Source of the DNA: a virus
Taxonomy: Duplodnaviria; Caudoviricetes
DNA length: 38,830 nt
Virus record (IMG/VR): IMGVR_UViG_3300047282_000491
Coordinates: 1-38,830 of that record
Direction: 5' to 3' (one strand)
In this document: positions 38,830-38,830 of the stretch, piece by piece
Numbering within the stretch: position 1 is the stretch's first letter
Layout: the number at the start of each line of letters is the position of its first letter
Translations under genes and position numbers: made by a program
The notes under the pieces: model-generated
What the model saw: only the letters and a program-made list of their open reading frames with translations
Told to the model about the DNA's origin: nothing
The model's database searches: none

Positions 38830-38830
38830 G

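Noticed and set aside
1-38830. tRNA/rRNA genes, integrase, lysis genes, alternative genetic code
   Set aside because: None was recognised. Intergenic gaps are short and explained by promoters and terminators, and the ORFs tile fully under the standard code.

Overview
This is a structural (virion morphogenesis) region of a large, AT-rich tailed phage with a long non-contractile tail. All credible genes are on the minus strand. Gene order and content resemble large actinobacteriophages, which is an inference and not a database result. In transcription order (right to left) the window holds: (1) a 5'-truncated protein with FN3 domains, 18 x FFxPP(S/G) repeats and a C-terminal Hint domain; (2) a GNAT-like gene and a dense cluster of 2OG-Fe(II) prolyl-hydroxylase-like oxygenases and DUF6065/dUTPase-fold-like genes; (3) a LamG protein; (4) portal, prohead protease/scaffold, major capsid and head-tail connector genes; (5) major tail protein and tail chaperones with a -1 frameshift (CCCAAAC); (6) a 2944-aa tape measure protein; (7) tail tip proteins and a 3'-truncated fibre with near-identical 438-bp InlB-B-type repeats. 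The two most interesting candidates are a putative modification system (Pro-Pro repeat/Hint protein next to many oxygenases) and a tape measure protein carrying kinase-like and His-Me-nuclease-like cargo between repeated [FY]xxGG motifs. All family assignments come from motif recognition by eye; no searches were run.
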